Source: Octopus sinensis (Eukaryota). From it: a DNA stretch of 64,000 bases. Where the stretch lies: NCBI RefSeq assembly GCF_006345805.1, contig NC_043013.1, positions 46,500,001-46,564,000 of the forward strand, given 5' to 3'. The position numbers were made by a program, and so were the translations under genes. The number at the start of each line of letters is the position of its first letter. The stretch's first letter is position 1. The notes beneath the pieces were generated by a model. That model saw only the letters and a list, made by a program, of their open reading frames with translations, was not told the DNA's origin and did not search any database. This document shows, piece after piece, positions 25,441 through 36,275 of this stretch.

Positions 25441-25901
25441 GGATCTTTTCGGTTTGAACGGCAGTTTTTAACATAATTTCCACGTAACTAAAAAATTTAA
25501 ACTTCGTATACTGGTAGAATGTGTTTATAAAACATCTTTTTCTCTTGGCTTTATTGAGAAAATTCTATAGTTTGTAAGATATTTGTTGTTTTTTTCTTCA
25601 ATTTCTGCAATTTCAACCAATCAATGACGTCCATTGAGGTAAACAACATTCTGTGCCGTATGAATATGTCCCTCGTTTAAGAAACAGATTGGGTTTATCT
25701 ACATTTCTGAAGAAAAAAAGATACCCTTCCCTCCACCCCTAACCCTAACCTTAACTAACCCTAACTAACCCTAACTAGCCCTAACTAACCCTAACCCTAA
25801 AAGAGATTGGAATGCAATAGATCGATACTAGGGTCATAATTATGGGTGACAATTTCATATGACACCGCTAGAAAAAACTGCCGTTCAAACCGAAAAGATC
25901 C
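25441..25901. mobile_element. MITE (non-autonomous DNA transposon) with about 30-bp TIRs, 8-bp TSD and internal (CCCTAA)-like array
   Basis: GGATCTTTTCGGTTTGAACGGCAGTTTTT ... AAAAACTGCCGTTCAAACCGAAAAGATCC; flanks TTGTACCA/TTGTACCG; telomere-like tract 25737-25800. Confidence 0.92.
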
Positions 25902-26047
25902 TTGTACCGTCTTCAGTTCGTGTCATATCGCTAGGTTTTTACTGTAGTCTTGACCAAAATACTTCATTTTTACTGACCCTGTCCGTCTTCCTATATAAGG
26001 TAGCATGTGGAGATATCTGCTACCTTTATAAATAACAACAACTGATA

Positions 26048-26518
26048 GTGGAGGCGCAATGGCTCAGTGGTTAGGGCAGCGGACTTGCGGTCGTAAGATG
26101 GAACTTACACTCGCCTCCTTATGAGAGCTCAAAATCTCTCGTGAAAGTGTCATCCAACCAAAGTACAAGTATATGGGAAACTACCACCTGTGTCATCTCT
26201 TGTGAAAGGTAGAAGAGTCCAGTTTGCTGGACATTGTTGTAGAGCTGAAAACGAGGCAATTTCTACTCTTCTCCTCTGGAAGCCATCTGCTCGCGATACC
26301 AGAGGGCGTACACTCTCCTACCTTGATGTAATCTCCAAGGATACAGGCATCCAGCAACAGGACCTCCGTAATGCTATGATGGACCGTGAAGTCTGGCGTA
26401 ACATAGTAAATTCCCTTGTCTCGACCACGGTCGAACAATGATGATGATGCGGTTTCTATTCCCAGTCATGGGCATTGTGAGTGTTTATTGAGCAAAAACA
26501 CCTAAGCTGATTTCAATT
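26048..26518 (+). mobile_element. tRNA-SINE head (same family as 28171-28490) split by an RTE insertion
   Basis: GTGGAGGCGCAATGGCTCAGTGGTTAGGGC...AAGAT at 26048-26099 resumes as GCGGTTTCTATTCCC at 26449. Confidence 0.82.
26101..26448 (+). mobile_element. RTE-clade LINE 3' fragment with (TGA)n tail
   Basis: Open frame ...RRVQFAGHCCRA...LLLWKP...GRTLSYLDVISKDTG...MMDREVWRNIV..., typical of an RTE ORF C-terminus; stop followed by TGATGATGAT. Confidence 0.8.
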
Positions 26519-26536
26519 ACTGGCGTGATATACTGC

Positions 26537-27028
26537 TTTCAGATTTTGGCACCAAGCTACCAATCTTGGGTGAGGGTATGAGTCGATTACATCGACCCCA
26601 GTGCTCAACTGGTACTTATTTTATCGACGCTGAAAGGATGAAAGGCAAAGTTGACCTCGGCGGAATTTGAACTCAGAACGTAAAGACAGACGAAATACTG
26701 CTAAGCATTTCGCTCGGCCTGCTAACGTTTCTGCCAGCTTGTTGCCTTAGTGGTTGATAAGCATATTATCATTTGGAACTGGTGGAATCGCTATAGCCTT
26801 GCAGGATGTGTTCTGGTACTTGGCGTTTTCTGGTACTTTGAGGAGGCCAGTCGATTAGATCAACTCCAGTATGCAACTGGCACTTAATTTATCGATTCCG
26901 AAAGGATGAAAGGCAAAGTGGACCTCGGCGGAATTTGAACTCAGAACGTAAAGACGGACGAAATACTGCTAAGCATTTCGTCCGGCCTGCTAACGTTTCT
27001 GTCAGCTCGTTGCCTTAGTGGTTGATAA
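26537..27028 (-). mobile_element. Two tandem SINE-A copies sharing an upstream spacer
   Basis: 26632-26760 and 26900-27028 differ at 6 of 129 positions and include the same non-SINE flank TTAGTGGTTGATAA. Confidence 0.85.
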
Positions 27029-27037
27029 TGACACTAT

Positions 27038-27272
27038 CTATTTCTTTACTACCCACAAGGGGCTAAACATAGAGGAGACAAACAAGGACAGACAAACGGA
27101 TTAAGTCGATTACATCGACCCCAGTGCGTAACTGGTACTTAATTTATCGACCCCGAAAGGACGAAAGGCAAAGTCGACCTCGGCGGAATTTGAACCCAGA
27201 ACGTAACGGCAGACAAAATACGGCTACGTATTTCGCCCGGCGTGCTAACGATTCTGCCAGCTCCTCGCCGCC
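27038..27272 (-). mobile_element. Solitary full-length SINE-B
   Basis: Complete head, body and B tail. Confidence 0.9.
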
Positions 27273-28065
27273 CTCTCCTTACTTCAAATATTGCCATACA
27301 CTCGCTACTAACACTGGCCATACACTTGCCACTAATACTGATATACATTTGCTATTAACAATTCCCTGTCCTACTCTGTGGTCACTCGTAATTTGCTAGA
27401 AACAGTAGTCAAATCTCTCTCAAATCACACCTTAATGTATTTAAACAAAAGAGAAGTCATCTACCGTTTTATTTATACCCTAACCGATATCATTTCGTGA
27501 AACATTGCTGTTCTGCCATCACCGACATTGTATTACCACCTTTACCCCACCTCCCACTACTAATACTGTTGCTTTATAGTTACTACCGTACTAGCTACAG
27601 TTGCTACCATACTGTCGTTACGCAGCTATTCTTCGGTCACTTGTATATTATCATCAGGCTACTTTTTGAGCAGTTAAAGTTTGGGTTTAAAGGCTATAGT
27701 ATTGACGTTGTAGCTTTTTATATTATTTATTAAAAAAAAGTTACAAACATCTCTACGTAAGACAAAACTAAGAAACTGCACAAAAAAAAATGAAAAAGAA
27801 AACTGGTTTTATCAAAAGGATGTAAATATATAAAGAAATACGTAATAAAAATGCGATTAAAGAAAACCAGGAACGTCTTTCTTTACAAGTTCAAACTTTT
27901 AAAGTACATCCTTATAATAAAATATTCAAAGTTAAAAACTGAAACAAGGAAAAAAGAAGTAATTTTTAAAAAATGACCGCTTAAAGCAAGTAAATGACCA
28001 TCTATAAGAAATTCAATTAGATTCTTAACCCTTCTTTTTTCAAGACTTAAGTAATAGTGATATCA

Positions 28066-28555
28066 AATTTTGGCACAAGGCCAGTGTTTCCGGGCAAGAG
28101 GATAAGTCGATTGTAATGTTTAGTAGGTACTTGTTTTATCGACCCCAAAGGATGAAAGACAAAGTCGACTTTTTATTTACTTATGCGCCCTTTTCAAGCC
28201 TAGTGAGGCTCATGGGCCCAGTTTCCCGGTTTCTGTGGCGTATGTGTTCCCCCCAGCTAGACGGGACGCCAGTCCATCGCAGCGTTACTCAAGAAACAGG
28301 AAGAAAGAGTGAGAGAAAGTTGAGGTGAAAAAGTACAACAGGAGTCGCCACCACCCCCTGCCAGGGGCCTCGTGGAGCTTTAGGTGTTTTCACTCAATAA
28401 ACACATACAATGCGCCCGATGTGGGAATCGAAACCGCGATCCTCCGACCGCGAGTCCGCTGCCCTAACCACTGGGCCATTGCACCTCCACAAAGCCGACT
28501 TCGGCAGCATTTGAACAAGGAATGTAAAAACGGACGAAAAGCCGCTAGATAAGCT
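28066..28555 (-). mobile_element. SINE-A host split by a V-type SINE
   Basis: Body stops at AAAGTCGACT (28161-28170) and resumes after AAAGCCGACT (28491-28500). Confidence 0.8.
28171..28490 (-). mobile_element. Full-length tRNA-SINE with V-domain-like block, 10-bp TSD (1 mismatch)
   Basis: Minus strand: box A TGGCCCAGTGG, box B GTTTCGATTCC, then TGCGATGGACTGGCGTCCCGTC (V-SINE-like, from memory) and an A-rich tail. Confidence 0.85.
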
Positions 28556-29561
28556 GCGACGACTTCTATATGAGTTTCAGTAAGTACTCATATTTTTCCA
28601 TTTCCTTCAATATACAACAACAACAACAACAACAATATCTTTCCGAAATTTCCTTATTTGGACATTGCTATGTCTTACTTTTACATTTTAATGGCATCAT
28701 TTGCTTTTGAATGCTTCGTTTTGTTCAAGTATGTCTTCAACAAAATTTTCAGTTACTAGTTTCTTCGCCCTTTGGTTCAAGAGTTTCTGCTAATAAACCT
28801 GTAACCCTTTCATGCGAATTGCTACTTCAATGATTTCTTCTTTGCCTCTAGCAATTTTGACATTGTTCTGCACAATTCAATTTATCGAATCGATATAAAT
28901 CGCAGCTATCCAGTGATATCTTTCTTTTTTTTCATTGAAGATACAATTCCACCAGTAATTACTTTCCACTCCTGTTGAGGTGATATGCTAAACTTTTCCA
29001 ATGCAACTTGAAGCCAGATATTAAACCCTCAGAAAATAACTTTTAGTGACGAGAAAACAGACTTTCTAATTATGTCTTTTAGCGGGAGATATTCATTATC
29101 TGTGTTTTTTTTTTAAATTATAATTCAAGCAAACGCTTCATTACATATAATAAGTGCTAGCGTGTCGGTTGACTCCAAATACTTCCTTTCCTTGCGTGAG
29201 TTTGTAGAATATCTCTTCTTGGGCCCCGGGTTGCAACGCCTATTTGCTTTAAATAGCCAATGAATATATTTATATCACTATCTATGATCAACATAAAAAC
29301 ATACAGACGAAGGGATTACGTAAGTGATTTATTCGTTAATAGGCGAAACCGCCGATCTGCAATTAATTCTTGTTTTTTATATAATTTTCATCTGTCTTGC
29401 CCGCATATTGTTCTGGTGTCCGCTGAATTTTTCTCTAGAGAACATTCTTTACTTTTTAGTTTGATCGCAGGTGATCTACTTCTAGCATATGGCTGACCAC
29501 ATAGTGGTTTTTAGCTCTTTAAATATACACATGTATTAGTATGATCAACATAATGTATATA

Positions 29562-29633
29562 TTGCATAGGGGCAACTGAGACTCCTTCTATCATATTTAT
29601 ATGATAGAAGGAGTCGCAGTTGCCCCTATGCAA
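29562..29633. repeat. Near-perfect 72-bp palindrome (35-bp arms, 1 mismatch, 2-nt spacer)
   Basis: TTGCATAGGGGCAACTGAGACTCCTTCTATCATAT-TT-ATATGATAGAAGGAGTCGCAGTTGCCCCTATGCAA. Confidence 0.95.
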
Positions 29634-30465
29634 CTCTCTCCCGTGTGTAGATCACTCGCAAGAATGCCATAGTCATCTTCCAGTATTTGTGCGCCTTCTT
29701 TACTAGCTTTATTAATTTCTCAGTTTTTTTTAACGTTTTAAGAATTAACAGTAACAATACTTAAAAACCAACATTTTAAAACATTTTCAAATACTTCTTC
29801 CGCATATGAAAATATTTATTAGTGTTTATAACTGGGTCTCCTTTACTCTCAGTGTTTTTATTTGTTTTCATAAACATATTGGACATTAATGGCGAAATAG
29901 TCGACTACATGACTCATGAATCCATTTTAATAAGCGTTCTTTGAAAGACTTTTCGTTGTTCTTATTTCCTATATTCCTTATACTTTCTTTTAGTATTTCT
30001 CTGGAAAACCCAAGTTTTCTAGCCATTTCTCCATTTTTAAAATGGCTGACTGTAGAAAAAATTTAGTGGAGAATTACTAATCATCATCATCATTTTCATG
30101 TGATTTCGTTTTAACATCACTAATGTCTCTATTACGGCAACTTTGTCAATAGTAAATAATTTTGTTATTATGTCTGTCTTCGAGTTGATTTCTGGTGGTT
30201 TTCCTTTTAATTTTTTTAACCACTGAAGCAGATGGAAAATTTAGCTTAAACTGCTATAAACTTATCTTCAGAAGGAAACATAGGTTAATCAAGTTAGTAT
30301 CCTGGAAAATAGAAATTTTAACGCATTATATACAATGTACATTTAATTAGTCTGAGTTAGTGTCTGTTTTGCGACAGACACTAGTAATTGTTTCCAACCT
30401 TACAATCACCCTTTTTAATATGGATTTCATATTATTGGTTATTGTCCATATCCTTTACATGTCTC

Positions 30466-30639
30466 TTACTTGTCTCAGTTATTGGACTGTTGCCATTCCG
30501 TGATACCCACTTCAAGGGTTTAGTCGAGCCCAGTACTTACTCTCTCTTTACTCTTTTGCCGAACCGCTAAGTTACGGGGACGTAAACACACCAGCATCGA
30601 TTGTCAAGTGATGTTTGAGGGACAAACACAGAAACCCAA

Positions 30640-30690
<51 letters not shown>

Positions 30691-30828
30691 CGACTGGCTT
30701 CTTTCAGTTTTCATCTACCAAATCAACTCATTAGGCTTTGGTCGGCCTGCGGCTATAGTAGAAGACACTTGCCCAAGGTGTCACACAATGGGACTGAACC
30801 CGGATCCATGTGGTTGGTAAGCAAGCTT
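30466..30828 (-). mobile_element. SINE-C, diverged
   Basis: Same blocks as the other SINE-C copies. Confidence 0.82.
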
Positions 30829-31605
30829 ATTATTTCTAAATTAGCATTTAATATATTATTCTATATAGTAATTATACTTTCACTGGACCGCCAATTTACA
30901 GGGACGTAAACGAATCAACACCCGTTTTCTAGCGATGGGGAGGGGGAAAAACAAACAAAACCACACACACACAAAAGCATATATATACATATCTATATAT
31001 ATATCTACATTCATATATACTCACGGTGAAGATAGTGATAACTGTCCACTAGTCACTAAGGAAGACCATCATTGACCATTGTCCATGCAAAATACCAGCA
31101 ATTTCTGTGCATTAGCAGTCAGTTTCACCCGGGTTCGCTTCTGTGGCGTTCATGCTCGCCACCGCGCCCTCTTACTCGACTGGGCATCGGATAGCTGTCT
31201 CGCTGGCGATTGCACAACCAAAAATTTTAGGTTAAAAAAAGTTTGAGCAGCACCTCACAGATCCTATCCACCATATTGACATGATCCTGAGAGAAACCAG
31301 GGAAAGATATCCAATGCCAATATGGGTCGCAGACTCAAGAATGTTGGAGCACCATAACCTCAAGAGTCAGCAAAAGACCCCCGAAATGTTGAGTGCCATC
31401 CCCTCCATATCAGGTTTTATAACATAGTGACCTTCCAATTGAATCATGCTTTAATAAAATCTGAAGGATGCCTCACTCCCGGTGGTCTTTCAGCACACGT
31501 GACACCAACCCAGAATTTCTGAGGGTTCGAACTATTGCTAGATAGTCGTTGAACCTACACTATGGTCATCCATCCTTTTGACATACAGACACACACACAC
31601 AAACA

Positions 31606-31651
<46 letters not shown>

Positions 31652-32349
31652 ACGCACTTCCACGCGGTTTCAGTGTACCAAATTCACTCACATGCCATTG
31701 GCCGGCCATGGGCTAAAGTAGAGGATATTTTTTCCAAGGTACCTTGCAGTGGGCCTCTGACACTAAACCACGTGCATGTTGCAAAGCGAACTTCTTAACC
31801 ATGCCAGCTCTTTTTACATCTCGAGTTAGAGTCTCGCCTAGTTCGACCTTACCTTTCATTTTTCACGTACCGATAAAATAGGTACGAACCAAGACCACAC
31901 ACACACACACACACACACTCAATCAAACCGTCTCTCTTTCCTTTCCATTAGAATATTTAACATTGTGCTATTGTTAGACAAATCATTATCTTTATTTGCG
32001 GCAAATATGACCTACCTTGTTTCAAATTTGCCCATACAAATTTCTACGGCACGTTGTCTTGGCATCATGCAATTTCTGATACAGTACTTCAGAAATTTTA
32101 CATTGAAAACTTCACTTATGATCTTTGAAGATAATTATTTTTATATTGTCCTGAAATTCTGCAAACATTTTCATATTTGTAAACTGTATTCACACCCGTT
32201 AAATAGAATATTCTATTTTTACTTCAAGTTTGATGGAAACTACGAATTTCAAAGATCAGAGATTCATAAAATGTATTGATGTTCTTAAAATATTGTTGTC
32301 AGAAATAAATATTTCTGCTTTGAGAACAGATTAAAAGGATAATTAACTC

Positions 32350-32394
<45 letters not shown>

Positions 32395-32799
32395 ATACAC
32401 ACACATACTCACGCACAATGACACACACACAGATAGACTGTTCTGTATTATCTAGTTGGGATATACAATTTCTTTCTAGTTATATTGTTTACAAAGCTAC
32501 ACCTATCAGTTGTACAGCTTGTATGAAAAAACAAAAAAACAAAAACAAAGCAAAAAAACAAGAAAAAGAATAAGAGATCTTACCTATTACTTTATCGTAT
32601 CTTCTTGGTCGGTGATTCATTACATTTTCAAACACAAACTGTTCGATTGTAACTCGAAGCCGACAGTTTACGTATCGGTGTGTTATGAAGAGTGTGGGAA
32701 AAACAAAATGGCAAATATTACGTAAATAGAAAAGAAACGACGTTGAGCATGTATCACAGGGAGATATAGACATTTGATTCAGTCAGAATGGCTCATGAA

Positions 32800-32808
32800 T
32801 ATACATAC

Positions 32809-32841
<33 letters not shown>

Positions 32842-33129
32842 CATATACATACATATATACATACATACATATATATATACATACATATATATATATATAC
32901 ATACTTACATACACATATATATACATACATACATACATACATACATACATACATACATACATACATACACATATATATAGACATACATACATACACACGT
33001 GTATATTTGTATGCATGTCTATGAAATATGCGTCTGTATGTATGTATGTATATATGTATATATATATATTATATATATATATACACATACATACATACAT
33101 ACTTACATACATGCATATATCTATATCTA

Positions 33130-33216
<87 letters not shown>

Positions 33217-33238
33217 ATATATATATATATTATATATA

Positions 33239-33285
<47 letters not shown>

Positions 33286-33565
33286 ATATATATATACATA
33301 CATATATATATATATGCACATACATACATATATATATATATAATACATACATACACATATATATACATACATACTACATACATACATACATACATACACA
33401 TATATATAGACATACATACATACACACGTGTATATTTGTATGCATGTCTATAAAATATGTGTGTGTATGTATGTACGTATCTATGTATGTATATATATAT
33501 ATATACACACACATATACATATATATATATACATACATACATACTTACATACATGCATATATCTA

Positions 33566-33648
<83 letters not shown>

Positions 33649-33670
33649 ATATATATATATATATATACAC
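32800..33670. repeat. Compound CATA/TA/TATC microsatellite with internal ~429-bp-period duplication
   Basis: Anchor ATATATATAGACATACATACATACACACGTGTATATTTGTATGCATGTCTAT at 32971 and 33400. Confidence 0.9.
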
Positions 33671-33893
33671 CGACGGCCATAAGTCGCTTTACCCATTTCT
33701 TTTTCTTTATCATTATTAGGTTAGTTGAAATATATTTGTCACATACTTCAATTGAAATATATATATAAACCCTGCTTAGGGCCATTAGTCCAATATTTTT
33801 ATCGATCGATCGATTTGCTAGTGTAAATTAGTCAACGTATTGGTTCAATTATATACAAAGTTATATGCTTTATTTAGTTCGTCCAGAGTTGCC

Positions 33894-33938
33894 TCTCATC
33901 GACAAGAGTCAATAAACTCGAAACAGCGGTGTCTGAGA
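33894..33938 (+). ncRNA. Type I minimal hammerhead ribozyme-like relic (core degenerate)
   Basis: Stem I TCTCA/TGAGA, core TCGACAA in place of CTGANGA, stem II GAGT-caataa-ACTC, GAAA, stem III ACA-gcgg-TGT, GTC cleavage triplet. Confidence 0.5.
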
Positions 33939-34357
33939 TTCCCGAGAGAGGGTGACACTGAACGCATGATGTGTTTTCACACCTTTTTATCATAAGAGAG
34001 ATTTTTTTTTCTCCACGGTAACTGTAGTGCAATCTGCCTTTAGCAGTTGAAATATGCGACAAATATAGTTCAACTAACTTAAATTGCGTTTATACTTAAA
34101 CACTGCTTAGCACCACTACTCCGGTACACACACACACACACAGACACACACACGCACAGGCACAGACACACACACACGCACACACACAATATGTAAAATA
34201 TGCATATATATAAAGATAAATTAAATATAGAGATATTCTATTGACATTCAATAATTTATATATATATAAAGAGAGTTTACGAAAAAAACAAAAGATGAAC
34301 ACAGGTGGTATACAAAACAAACAGATGTATTAGTATAACGCTCAGGAATAGAAAAAG

Positions 34358-34395
34358 TCTTTTACATTTTGAGCCTACGCTCTTCTACAGAAAGG
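34358..34395 (-). ncRNA. Hammerhead-like motif (CTGTAGA core; GAAA decayed at CpG)
   Basis: Minus strand: ccttt CTGTAGA A GAG cgtagg CTC AAAA tg TA aaag; homolog of 35236-35272. Confidence 0.4.
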
Positions 34396-34454
34396 GACAC
34401 AGAAAAAACAAGGAGAGAAAAAAATGTGTGTAGTGGCTAACGATCTATCATGGC

Positions 34455-34491
<37 letters not shown>

Positions 34492-34492
<1 letters not shown>

Positions 34493-35008
34493 TAGCAGTA
34501 TCGCCCGGCGTTGCTCGGGTTTGTAAGGGAAATAACTATATAAGCATTTTTAGAGAGTTACTTCCCTTATAGATGCCAATTCGGGCTTTCTTAGCCATTT
34601 CTGTTTTGGTGTCTTCAAGCCATGAAGTCGTTGTTCTAAAAGAACGCTGGTCTCCTTGACAACGCTTTACGACGTTGATTTCCTTACACTCCCTTCCCCA
34701 CAGCTTCACGAGGGAGGGAAGAAGGGGGAGAAGCAAACAGGTGCAGGTGTGACCATGGACGCCAACTCCGCCGCCATCGACACACGAAAGATTATGCATT
34801 AAAATGGAATAAAAAAATGATGTTAAATTCTTTTTAAAATCGTAGACTCATCGTAGACGCGCGCCAATAGCCAGACGGGCTCGATATGAATCACGACTAT
34901 AAGATACCCGAATTTGGTTAAACTGCACCGCAAAATGTGGGAGTAGTTAGGAATCTAAATCGAAGGGGACAGACACTCACACGACTACAGTTTTATATAT
35001 ATATATAA
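34492..35008 (-). mobile_element. Non-autonomous Helitron with about 215-bp internal segment absent from the sister copy
   Basis: Minus-strand 3' end CCCGAGCAACGCCGGG hairpin + CGATACTG + CTAG|T; body homologous to 48173-48571; 5' end blurred in (TA)n. Confidence 0.85.
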
Positions 35009-35117
35009 ATATATTATAATATTATATATATGTGTGTGTGTGTGTGTGTGTTTGTATTTTTCTATATAAATATGTATACATATATGTATGTCTATATGGG
35101 TGTGCGCATAAATATTC

Positions 35118-35158
<41 letters not shown>

Positions 35159-35235
35159 TTATATACATACATAGGTGAATTTTATAGAGAAACGAAAGAC
35201 GAAGACAGGTGTATGAACAAAAAGCAGGTGTATTT

Positions 35236-35272
35236 GTTTTACGTTTCGAGCCTACGCTCTTCAACAGAAAGG
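35236..35272 (-). ncRNA. Hammerhead-like motif (CTGTTGA core variant)
   Basis: Minus strand: ccttt CTGTTGA A GAG cgtagg CTC GAA ACGT A aaa; palindromic ACGT stem III as described for Penelope-type minimal hammerheads. Confidence 0.5.
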
Positions 35273-35340
35273 AATAACAGAAAATAAAGAGAGAGAGAAA
35301 AGAAAATGTGGGTGTAGGGTGTGATATATAGTTAATGCAT

Positions 35341-35750
35341 ATTCTTTTATTCTTTTTACTTGTTTCGGTCGTTTGACTGTGGCCATGCTGGAGCACCGCG
35401 TTGAAAGGTTTTAGTCGAACAAATCGAACCCATGAGTCGTTTTTCAAGCCTAGTACTTCTGGTTTCCTTTGCCGAACCGCTACTTTAAGGAGACATACAC
35501 ACACCAACACCGGTTGCCAGACGGTGATGAGGGGGACAAACACAGACAGACACACAGACACACACACACACACACGCACACACACATACACACTCACACA
35601 CTCACGCACACACACACAATGGGCTTCTTTCAGGTTCCGTCTATCTAATTCACTTATAAGGCTTTGGTCGGCCCCAAGCTATTGTAGAAGACGTTTGTCC
35701 AAGGTGTACTTTGAACCATGTGACTGAGAAGTAAATGTTTTACCATACAA
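35341..35750 (-). mobile_element. SINE-C, diverged
   Basis: Tail, body and partial head recognisable. Confidence 0.8.
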
Positions 35751-35785
35751 TATATTTATATATGCAATATATATATATATATGTT

Positions 35786-36165
35786 TAGGAGAGGCTGTGT
35801 GGTAAGTAAATTGCTTACCAACCACATAGTTCCGGGTTCAGTCCCACTGCGTGGCACCTTGGGCAAGTGTCTTCTGCTATAGCCCCGGGCTGACCAATGC
35901 CTTGTGAGTGGATTTGGTAGACGGAAACTGAAAGAAGCCTGTCGTATATATGTTTACATATATATATATGTATGTGTGTGTATATATTTGTCTCCCCAAC
36001 ATCGCTTGACAACCGATGCTGGTGTGTTTACGTCCCCGTTCGGCAAAAGAGACCGATAGAATAAGTACTAGGCTTACAAAGAATAAGTCCTGGGGTCGAT
36101 TTGTTCGACTAAAGGCGGTGCTCCAACATGGCCACTGTCAAATGACTGAAACAAGTAAAAGAGAA
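35786..36165 (+). mobile_element. SINE-C, near full length
   Basis: Head GGCTGTGTGGTAAG through AAACAAGTAAAAGAG. Confidence 0.88.
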
Positions 36166-36218
36166 AGACAAAGATATAAATATATATATTATATATATAC
36201 ACATATATATGTATACAT

Positions 36219-36275
<57 letters not shown>

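Noticed and set aside
25737-25800. (CCCTAA)n as a chromosome end or fusion scar
   Set aside because: It is internal to a TIR-bounded MITE present twice in the window.
26048-26099. tRNA-like sequences in SINE heads (also 28440-28490 and all A/B/C heads)
   Set aside because: They have A/B boxes but continue into SINE bodies and lack a complete cloverleaf, so they are not called as tRNA genes.
28600-30350. Possible pogo/Tigger transposase and Penelope RT traces on the minus strand
   Set aside because: Only short ambiguous peptides (e.g. STISPLMSNMFM) amid stops; no TIR or catalytic motif identifiable.
31100-31210. GC-rich patch superficially like an LSU rRNA fragment
   Set aside because: No extended match to conserved rRNA motifs that I can recognise.
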